Shown piece by piece: positions 9,501-15,881 of a DNA stretch of 15,881 nucleotides. Location of the stretch: contig JBAXIL010000040.1 of assembly GCA_037138355.1 (NCBI GenBank), positions 1 through 15,881 of the forward strand. The letters are read 5' to 3'. Position 1 is the stretch's first letter. The number at the start of each line of letters is the position of its first letter. The translations under genes and the position numbers were made by a program. The DNA comes from a bacterium (lineage in GTDB: Bacteria; Oederibacteriota; PGYV01; Palsa-1178). The notes under the pieces were generated by a model that saw only the letters and a list, made by a program, of their open reading frames with translations, searched no databases and was not told the origin of the DNA.

Positions 9501-10348
9501 ACTTTGGCTCCATTTCTTTCCATTTGAAATTTTTTTAACTGTTCGTAGTATTGGTACGGCAGTTTTATCTTTCCTATACGCGTATGATCTTTACCACTTC
9601 CGTGGCAATCAGAACCACCAGAGACAAGCAAATCAAGTTTATTTGCAATATCCAAATATCTGGACATATCTTCATAGCTATGGTCTGGATGAAAAGCTTC
9701 AATTCCGTTTAGACCTTCATTTTTCCAAACCTCAATCATTTTATCCATACCAAGTAAAACAGGGTGTGCAAGTATGGAAATTCCTTTTGCTTCTTTTATA
9801 AGTGCTACTGCTTCACCGACTGTGAGCTTTGCCTTTTCCATATAGGCAGGTCTGCCTTCTGCAAGAAATTTATTAAACGCATCTTTTATACTTAATGCAA
9901 AATTCTTTTTCACGAGAAGCTTTGCTATATGTAACCTTCCCGCATTATTCATATTTTCAGTTATCTCATATAATTCATCATATTGTATTTTAAGACCTTG
10001 CTCGCGAAGTTTTTTTATTATTTTTTCTGCGCGTTCCGCTCTGCGTTTCTGAAAATACGAAAGTTTTTCCTGGAAATTTTTACTTCCAGAATTAACATAA
10101 AGTCCTATGATATGAACTTCCCGTTTTTCGTAAACAGCCGATAGTTCGACCCCAGTTACAAAATCTATATCATATTGTTTTTTCAGGATATTGGCTTCAA
10201 GTTCCGCCGCCACAGTATCATGGTCGGTTATGGCGATAGCAGATATCCCTTCGCGTTTTGCATGCTCAAAAATTTGCTCAACAGTATTTGAGCCATCCGA
10301 CTTGGTTGAATGTATGTGCATGTCGGCCCATTTTTCAGTTATTGCCAA
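9497..10348 (-). CDS. PHP-domain metal-dependent phosphoesterase (YciV/TrpH/RNase AM-like)
   Basis: Motifs DMHIHSTKSDG, AITDHDT, GVELS, HIIG, GRLHIA, LAHP and GGSDCHG. TTG at 10348 has GGAG 9 nt upstream and is the preferred start. The track start TTG at 10363 is the alternative. Confidence 0.85.
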   Translation of the reverse strand: MAITEKWADMHIHSTKSDGSNTVEQIFEHAKREGISAIAITDHDTVAAELEANILKKQYDIDFVTGVELSAVYEKREVHIIGLYVNSGSKNFQEKLSYFQKRRAERAEKIIKKLREQGLKIQYDELYEITENMNNAGRLHIAKLLVKKNFALSIKDAFNKFLAEGRPAYMEKAKLTVGEAVALIKEAKGISILAHPVLLGMDKMIEVWKNEGLNGIEAFHPDHSYEDMSRYLDIANKLDLLVSGGSDCHGSGKDHTRIGKIKLPYQYYEQLKKFQMERNGAKV

Positions 10349-10432
10349 TTGAGAAATCTCCAATCATATAGTATGTGGGTCAGCGATTAAGCCAACCTCG
10401 GTAGTTTCATGTAAATTCCATTTATTAACTTC

Positions 10433-10462
10433 GTGCGGACAGCGCCGGAGCGCTGTCCCTAC
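10433..10462 (-). repeat. GTAG-type REP-like palindrome
   Basis: Minus strand reads GTAG-GGACAGCGC-TCCG-GCGCTGTCC-GCAC: a GTAG tetranucleotide followed by a perfect 9-bp GC-rich stem in an AT-rich intergenic region. Confidence 0.65.
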
Positions 10463-10480
10463 AAGTACCTTTTTTTTCTT

Positions 10481-10508
10481 CTACTATCCACTCTCACCTA
10501 TCTACTCT
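10481..10508. repeat. Short degenerate heptamer tandem repeat
   Basis: CTACTAT CCACTCT CACCTAT CTACTCT: four units at 7-bp period with no G on the plus strand. Confidence 0.5.
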
Positions 10509-10510
10509 CT

Positions 10511-10535
10511 CAGAATTTTGTATAGCAAAATTCTG
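10511..10535 (-). other. Perfect 10-bp hairpin in the tRNA 3' trailer
   Basis: CAGAATTTTG-tatag-CAAAATTCTG. It overlaps the last two bases of the tRNA CCA and is not followed by a U-tract on the minus strand. Confidence 0.6.
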
Positions 10536-10607
10536 GAGCGGGTGATGGGAATCGGACCCACGTCTCATGCTTGGGAAGCACGTATTCTGCCACTGAACTA
10601 CACCCGC
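10534..10607 (-). tRNA. tRNA-Gly (anticodon CCC), 74 nt, CCA encoded
   Basis: GCGGGTG TA GTTC AGTGGCA GAAT A CGTGC TTCCCAA GCATG AGAC GTGGG TCCGATT CCCAT CACCCGC T CCA. Full cloverleaf with Gly identity elements G1-C72, C2-G71 and U73. Confidence 0.95.
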
Positions 10608-10662
10608 ACAGCATGAATTTATATTTCAATATTAATCATATTGTATTTCTATAAGTTCTTTA

Positions 10663-10691
10663 ATTATAATGGGTTTTTTGAATATTGTAAA
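10663..10691 (-). promoter_or_regulatory. Sigma70-type promoter for tRNA-Gly and probably the downstream operon
   Basis: Minus strand TTTACA-N17-TATAAT (-35 at 10691-10686, -10 at 10668-10663), about 55 bp upstream of the tRNA. Confidence 0.75.
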
Positions 10692-10735
10692 GCAGAAAAA
10701 AACATCAGTTTTGGCTTTATTTTTATGGTTTTTTT

Positions 10736-10744
10736 TGATAAAAT
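10736..10744 (+). promoter_or_regulatory. Extended -10 promoter (TGnTAAAAT) for the flavodoxin-ferredoxin gene
   Basis: TGATAAAAT ends 6 nt before ATG 10751, and no SD is present. Confidence 0.5.
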
Positions 10745-10750
10745 TTAGAA

Positions 10751-11821
10751 ATGACGAACATTCAAGCGTATAAATCAGCGACTTTCTACTATATGTCGGG
10801 AACTGGTAATTCTTTCAGAACGGCTGTTTGGGCCGCTCAAGAACTCAATGCAATAGATAAAACAAAAATTATTCCATTTGAAAAAGCAGATTTAATGACA
10901 CACCAAGCTTCAACACAAAACTTACTCGGTCTCTTCTTTCCAACACATGCTTTTACAGCTCCTTGGGCAGTATTTAAATTTGCTTTATCTATGCCTAATT
11001 CAAAAAGTACTCCTATAATTATTATTGCTACAAGAGCTGGCGCTTTTTACCCTTTTCCATTGCCAGGAATGGAAGGAACTGCCTGTCTTCTAATAGCACT
11101 TATACTCATGTTCAAAGGTTATGATGTGCGCGGATTTTCTGGTATGGATATGCCATCCAACTGGCTCGCTGTTCACTGGGGTATGAATAAAGAACACGCA
11201 GAATATTTCTATGACAAAACCAAAAAAGAGTTAAAGTTATTCATATCAAAAATAAGTTCAGAACAGAGAGTTTATAAAAGTATTCCTTCGTGGATTATGG
11301 GCATACTACTTCTTCAGGTCAGTTTTATGTATTTGATATTTGCAAGACTGATGCTCACCAAAATAATGTTTGCAGATGAAACATGCAATAGCTGCGGCAT
11401 ATGCGCAACATACTGCCCTTTTGGCGCGATTAATATGCTTGGTAATAAGAACAAAAAACCTTACTGGACTTTTTCTTGTGAGAGTTGTGAACGATGCATA
11501 GCTTACTGCCCAAAGAAATCAATACAAGCAGGCCATTCATATATTTTATTATTGTATTGGATTTTTTATGGGGCACTTGGTTTTATTCCAGTTAAAATAG
11601 CATCATTGTATGGTGTTTTTAAAACAAGTTTGCCTGCCATGCTTTTATCTATTACATATACTTTAACATTTTATTATATAGGTTATTGGTTGCTGAACTT
11701 GTTATGCAAAGTAAAACTTTTTGCGTGGATTTTCTCACATACAACCTTCACAAAGATATACAGCCGCTACAACCAGCACGACACATCACTAAATGATTTA
11801 AAGAATGGAACTATTATTTAA
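10751..11821 (+). CDS. EFR1-like flavodoxin/ferredoxin fusion with two [4Fe-4S] motifs and C-terminal hydrophobic segments
   Basis: N-terminal flavodoxin loop YYMSGTGNS, GLFFPTHAF and MPSNW. Ferredoxin motifs CNSCGICATYCP and CESCERCIAYCP. Hydrophobic stretches before and after the ferredoxin domain. Confidence 0.8.
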   Translation: MTNIQAYKSATFYYMSGTGNSFRTAVWAAQELNAIDKTKIIPFEKADLMTHQASTQNLLGLFFPTHAFTAPWAVFKFALSMPNSKSTPIIIIATRAGAFYPFPLPGMEGTACLLIALILMFKGYDVRGFSGMDMPSNWLAVHWGMNKEHAEYFYDKTKKELKLFISKISSEQRVYKSIPSWIMGILLLQVSFMYLIFARLMLTKIMFADETCNSCGICATYCPFGAINMLGNKNKKPYWTFSCESCERCIAYCPKKSIQAGHSYILLLYWIFYGALGFIPVKIASLYGVFKTSLPAMLLSITYTLTFYYIGYWLLNLLCKVKLFAWIFSHTTFTKIYSRYNQHDTSLNDLKNGTII

Positions 11822-11836
11822 TACACTAAAAACATT

Positions 11837-13432
11837 TTATTCCTTGGTATCGTTTTTAAATTCAGAAGTAAAGTGAAAACCTATTTCAGGATTCTGTTCT
11901 ATATAATGATGAAGCATCCACTCTGACTCAGCAAAAAACACTATATTATCATCTTTATCGCGACCTACACGGTCTGCTTTATATTTACAAAACTCATCTA
12001 ATTTTGCCTGATTTGTAGTAGTCAACCAACAGGCCTTAAAGAAATTGATAGGTTCAAAACGGCATTCTGCACCATATTCATGCTGTAAACGGTAGAGTAT
12101 GACTTCAAACTGCAGTAAACCGACAGTACCAACTATCTTGCGGCCACTTTGTGCCATTAAAAACAACTGCGCAACACCTTCATCTGTCAACATTTTTATG
12201 CCTTTTTCAAGTTGCTTGGCTTTCATGGAAGTATGTATGAGTTCTTTGAAAACTTCAGGAGAAAAGCTTGGAATACCTTTAAATACCATTTTTTCGCCTT
12301 CGGTTAATGTATCTCCTATCTTAAAGTTCTCGCGGTCATATAAACCTATAACATCCCCAGGATATGCCTCATCAATTACTTCTTTTTTCTGTCCCATAAA
12401 TGATGCTGGATTTGGGAAACGAACTTCTGAATCTAACCGCACATGTTTATAAAACTTATTTCTTTCAAACTTACCGGAACACACGCGAAAAAAAGCAATA
12501 CGATCACGATGCCGCGGATCAAGGTTGGCGTGAATTTTAAAAACAAATCCTGAAAATGTATCCTCTTCAGGTTTTACAATTCTTATATCCGTCATCATGG
12601 GTCCTGGAGTAGGTGCAACTTCTACAAAAGCATCAAGTAGCTCTTTTACGCCAAAGTTATTTACAGCGCTTCCGAAAAACACCGGAGCAGTTTCTCCAGA
12701 TAAATATTTTTCTTTTTCAAATTTCCCATATACCCCATCTAATAGATTAATATCTTCTCTGAGTTGATTTGCATTTTCATTTCCAACATACTCATCAAGC
12801 GAAGCACTTTTCAAGTCAGTAATTGAAACTGCCTGTATGTCAGACAATTTCTGCTGGGTTTTAAATAAGTGCAAATTTTTATCATACAGATTATATACAC
12901 CCTTAAAACTTGCGCCGCGACTAATAGGCCAACTTAAAGGTCTAACTTTTATATCAAGCTTTTTTTCAAGTTCATCAAGAAGGTCAAAAGGATTTCCACC
13001 CTCTCGGTCCATTTTGTTTACAAATATAATTACAGGCGTATTTCTCATTCTACACACATTCATAAGCTTTTCTGTCTGTTCTTCTACACCTTTTACAGAA
13101 TCAACCACCAATATTACGCTATCAACTACAGTTAGGGTACGATAAGTATCTTCTGCAAAATCCTTGTGACCTGGCGTATCAAGCAGGTTAATCTTTAGAT
13201 TGCGGTATTCAAAGCTCATAACAGCAGAAGCAACAGATATACCGCGTTGGCGCTCTATTTCCATAAAATCTGATATAGTTGTTTTCTTTATTTTATTTGA
13301 TTTAACTGCTCCGGCTATCTGTATGGCACCAGCAAATAATAGAAACTTCTCCGTCAGCGTAGTTTTGCCAGCATCAGGATGGCTTATAATTGCAAATGTT
13401 CGTCTTTTTTTTATCTCTTCCGTGTAATCCAT
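11837..13432 (-). CDS. prfC: Peptide chain release factor 3
   Basis: [74 protein letters not shown] and [20 protein letters not shown]. Confidence 0.97.
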   Translation of the reverse strand: MDYTEEIKKRRTFAIISHPDAGKTTLTEKFLLFAGAIQIAGAVKSNKIKKTTISDFMEIERQRGISVASAVMSFEYRNLKINLLDTPGHKDFAEDTYRTLTVVDSVILVVDSVKGVEEQTEKLMNVCRMRNTPVIIFVNKMDREGGNPFDLLDELEKKLDIKVRPLSWPISRGASFKGVYNLYDKNLHLFKTQQKLSDIQAVSITDLKSASLDEYVGNENANQLREDINLLDGVYGKFEKEKYLSGETAPVFFGSAVNNFGVKELLDAFVEVAPTPGPMMTDIRIVKPEEDTFSGFVFKIHANLDPRHRDRIAFFRVCSGKFERNKFYKHVRLDSEVRFPNPASFMGQKKEVIDEAYPGDVIGLYDRENFKIGDTLTEGEKMVFKGIPSFSPEVFKELIHTSMKAKQLEKGIKMLTDEGVAQLFLMAQSGRKIVGTVGLLQFEVILYRLQHEYGAECRFEPINFFKACWLTTTNQAKLDEFCKYKADRVGRDKDDNIVFFAESEWMLHHYIEQNPEIGFHFTSEFKNDTKE

Positions 13433-13487
13433 GCAAACTCCAAATAATTAAAATCACACGAAACTAATCGCGTGTTAAAGCTTTAAG

Positions 13488-13516
13488 ATTATAACTTTTT
13501 AAGGAGTTTGTGTAAA
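13488..13516 (-). promoter_or_regulatory. Sigma70-type promoter of prfC
   Basis: Minus strand TTTACA-N17-TATAAT (-35 at 13516-13511, -10 at 13493-13488), the same hexamers as the tRNA promoter. Confidence 0.75.
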
Positions 13517-13560
13517 GGATGGAATAACGGTAGATACAATATCACTATTATTATGAAAAG

Positions 13561-13587
13561 AGAGATGGGGGCAAGCCCCATCTCTAC
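13561..13587 (-). repeat. GTAG-type REP-like palindrome, possibly doubling as terminator of the ars cluster
   Basis: Minus strand GT-AGAGATGGGG-CTTGC-CCCCATCTCT-CTTTT: begins with GTAG, has a perfect 10-bp stem followed by a short U tract, and lies about 45 bp downstream of the acr3 stop. Confidence 0.65.
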
Positions 13588-13630
13588 GGATATTGTATGT
13601 AAAAAACTTTTTTTCTATTACTAAAAAACA

Positions 13631-14665
13631 TTATTTTTTGAATGTGCCTTTCAATTTAAAAGCAGCATTCACCAACAATATCATAATAGGAACCTCAACT
13701 AATGGTCCTATAACTGTGGCAAATGCTTGCCCTGAACTAATACCAAAAATCGCTATTGCCACAGCAATCGCAAGTTCAAAATCATTGCTTGCGGCTGTAA
13801 AAGAAACAGCAACACTTTGTTTGTAATTTGCTCCGAGTTTTTTCGCAATGAAAAATGTTCCAAACCACATTAGTAAAAAATATACCGTAAGGGGTATTCC
13901 TACCAGCACAACATCCAAAGGAGATTTGACTATGTAAGCGCCTTTAAGTGTAAACATAACAATGATTGTAAATAAAAGGGCTACTAAAGTTATAGGACTA
14001 ACTGCTGGTATAAACTTTTCTTCATACCACTTTGTTCCTTTGACCTTGGTCAATATATTGCGCGACAACATGCCAGCAAAAAACGGTATTCCAAGATAAA
14101 TCAACACTGTCTTTACGGCTTCCAGTATTGATATTGAGACATTTATCCCCTTAACTAAACCAAATACATTTAAAAGAAAAGTGATAAAAAACCATATATA
14201 AACTGCATAAAATAGCATTTGTGTAACAGCATTAAAAGAAACAAGTCCTACCCCAAGCTCCCTATCACCTTCTGCCAAATCATTCCATACAACCACCATG
14301 GCTATACAGCGTGCAAGTCCAACTAAAATTACTCCGACCATATATTCTGGCTGATGTCTTAAAAAAACAACAGCAAGTATAAACATTACTACAGGACCAA
14401 CAACCCAGTTTTGAATCAAAGAAAATGTAAGAAGTTTTTTATTTTGAAATACTTCTCCCATTTTTTCATACTTAACTTTAGCCAAAGGCGAATACATCAT
14501 GAGGATTAATCCTATCGCAATTGGAATTGATGTTGTTCCAATATTGAATTTGCTTATGAAGTCCGATGCTTGCGGCCAAAAATTTCCTATAGCAACACCA
14601 AGTCCTATTGCCATAAAAATCCAAAGCGTTAAAAACCTATCTGTAATTGAAAGTTGTTTTTTCAT
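13631..14665 (-). CDS. acr3: ACR3-family arsenite efflux transporter
   Basis: DRFLTLWIF, IPIAIGLILMMY.PLAKV.YE, SLIQNWVVGP, GLARCIAMV.VWN (conserved Cys), FTAASNDFELAIAVA and VIGPLVEVP. About 10 TM segments. Confidence 0.93.
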   Translation of the reverse strand: MKKQLSITDRFLTLWIFMAIGLGVAIGNFWPQASDFISKFNIGTTSIPIAIGLILMMYSPLAKVKYEKMGEVFQNKKLLTFSLIQNWVVGPVVMFILAVVFLRHQPEYMVGVILVGLARCIAMVVVWNDLAEGDRELGVGLVSFNAVTQMLFYAVYIWFFITFLLNVFGLVKGINVSISILEAVKTVLIYLGIPFFAGMLSRNILTKVKGTKWYEEKFIPAVSPITLVALLFTIIVMFTLKGAYIVKSPLDVVLVGIPLTVYFLLMWFGTFFIAKKLGANYKQSVAVSFTAASNDFELAIAVAIAIFGISSGQAFATVIGPLVEVPIMILLVNAAFKLKGTFKK

Positions 14666-14681
14666 TTTTCACCTTATCTAT

Positions 14682-14915
14682 TTAGTTTTTAAACCAGGTT
14701 GCTATCTCTTCCGCTGAAGGCAATCTTCCAGACGATTTAATAACTCCGTCAATCACCAGTGCTGGAGTTGACATAACTCCATACCCTATTATTTGTTCAA
14801 TATCTTCTATTTTTACTATCTGTGCTTTTACTTTACTTTCTTTAACCGCTTTTTCTGTATGTTCCAAAAGTTTTTTACACTTAGGACAGCCAGTCCCTAA
14901 CACTTCAATTTTCAT
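14682..14915 (-). CDS. Small redox-active disulfide protein (thioredoxin-like, MTH895/TM0996 type)
   Basis: 77 aa, KIEVLGTGCPKC and YGVMSTPALVIDG (cis-Pro motif). Strong SD GGAGG. Typical companion of ars permeases. Confidence 0.88.
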   Translation of the reverse strand: MKIEVLGTGCPKCKKLLEHTEKAVKESKVKAQIVKIEDIEQIIGYGVMSTPALVIDGVIKSSGRLPSAEEIATWFKN

Positions 14916-14927
14916 ATAATACCTCCG

Positions 14928-15881
14928 TTATTTAATTAATATGTTGAATATGTAACCTGTGAAGATAATTCCAGTAGCAACTACTCCTGCAAAAATTAAA
15001 ATAAGCTTTATTTTCATAACTTTTTTTAATATCATAAACTCTGGTAGCGACAATGCTGTAACAGACATCATAAAAGCAAGTGCCGTACCTATTGCCACAC
15101 CCTTTTCAGTTAGTACACTTACAAGTGGTATTACACCTGCCGCATTTGAGTATAAAGGAACTCCCAACAAAACAGCCAGTGGTACTGCATACCATTTATC
15201 CGCGCCAGCATACTTGGCAAGGAAATCTTGCGGCACATACCCGTGTATCCATGCCCCAAGGCCTATACCTATTACTACATATGGCCAAATCCCTTTTAAG
15301 ATATCCAACGTGTAATCTACTGCATAAGATACTCTATCTTTAAATGTCATTCCTTCAATTATTGATGTCCCAGATGCTTTTGCCTTAAATACAAAAGTTT
15401 CAATAAGATTGTCTACTTTCATTTGCCCAATAATTATACCTGAAAATATAGCAATAGCTAAACCACTCCCAATGTATAATATTGCAATCTTCCAACCGAA
15501 CATACCCCAAAGCATTATAAGTGCTACTTCATTTATCATAGGCGATGCCACAAGAAAAGAAAAAGTAACACCAAGAGGTATTCCGGCTTCTACAAAGCCC
15601 AAAAACAAAGGCACTGCACTACAAGAACAAAATGGCGTTACTACACCAAGTAATGATGCCAAAACATTACCAGTATATTTTCCTTTGCCAGTAAGCATGG
15701 CTCTTGTTTTTTCTGGAGAAAAGAAGCTTCGTATTAATGACACTATAAAAATAATAATAATTAAAAGTAGAAATATCTTTATGGTGTCATAAATAAAAAA
15801 ATTTACTGCACCTGCCAATATAGTATCCTTACTAATTTTAAATACTCCATAAGTCATCCAATCCGCAAAAAGTTTTATCAT
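14928..15881 (-). CDS. arsP: ArsP/DUF318-family permease (putative organoarsenical efflux)
   Basis: Motifs FFIYDTIKIF, LGVVTPFCSCSAVPLF, FLVASPMINE, GAWIHGYVP, PLYSNAAG and ALSLPE. The ATG is the last three bases of the window, so the start and upstream context cannot be verified. Confidence 0.8.
   Translation of the reverse strand: MIKLFADWMTYGVFKISKDTILAGAVNFFIYDTIKIFLLLIIIIFIVSLIRSFFSPEKTRAMLTGKGKYTGNVLASLLGVVTPFCSCSAVPLFLGFVEAGIPLGVTFSFLVASPMINEVALIMLWGMFGWKIAILYIGSGLAIAIFSGIIIGQMKVDNLIETFVFKAKASGTSIIEGMTFKDRVSYAVDYTLDILKGIWPYVVIGIGLGAWIHGYVPQDFLAKYAGADKWYAVPLAVLLGVPLYSNAAGVIPLVSVLTEKGVAIGTALAFMMSVTALSLPEFMILKKVMKIKLILIFAGVVATGIIFTGYIFNILIK

Noticed and set aside
10377..10421. Mini-ORFs (MEFT*, MKLPRLA*) and a weak hairpin GGTTGGC/GCTGACC upstream of the PHP gene as leader peptide or riboswitch
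   Set aside because: No good SD, no regulatory codon run, no terminator/antiterminator pair, and no match to riboswitch or T-box consensus that I recognise.
10534..10607. tRNA-Gly as attachment site of an integrated element
   Set aside because: No integrase in the window, no duplicated tRNA 3' end that I could see, and core genes lie directly downstream of the tRNA 3' end.
11822..11836. Expected bidirectional terminator between the convergent ferredoxin gene and prfC
   Set aside because: The 15-bp gap contains no hairpin, so nothing can be annotated.
13456..13475. Small hairpin ACACG...CGTGT in the prfC 5' UTR
   Set aside because: Only a 5-bp firm stem that does not cover the SD, which is too weak to call regulatory without conservation data.
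1275..15792. Many plus-strand ORFs in the track (e.g. 1275-1595, 5074-5382, 9382-9801, 12099-12452, 15409-15792)
   Set aside because: They lie antisense to well-supported minus-strand genes and have no recognisable motifs, so they are shadow ORFs. Only 10751-11821 is accepted on the plus strand.

Overview
This is an AT-rich bacterial chromosomal segment from a diderm (Lol and TamB/AsmA-type genes) that uses canonical sigma70 promoters and Shine-Dalgarno sites. Almost everything is on the minus strand. In transcription order (right to left) it holds an arsenic-resistance cluster (ArsP-type permease, small CxxC thioredoxin-like protein, Acr3), then prfC (RF3), which converges on a plus-strand membrane-anchored flavodoxin/2x[4Fe-4S] ferredoxin fusion (EFR1-like). 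Next is a long putative operon: tRNA-Gly(CCC), PHP phosphoesterase, lysS, lolC/E, lolD, ilvE, clpC and a large TamB/AsmA-like ORF. That last ORF runs off the left edge and is missing from the ORF track. The proteins are mostly housekeeping, and I found no integrase, transposase, CRISPR array or clearly new multi-gene system. The unexplained signal is mainly intergenic: three different 7-bp-periodic repeat tracts (two with inverted symmetry), two GTAG-type REP-like palindromes, a tRNA-Gly with a non-canonical T-loop (TCCGA) and a trailer hairpin overlapping its CCA, and a probable leaderless mRNA. Also of note are a Bacteroidota-like RF3 and a ClpC with no adjacent mcsA/mcsB and one apparently degenerate phospho-arginine pocket.
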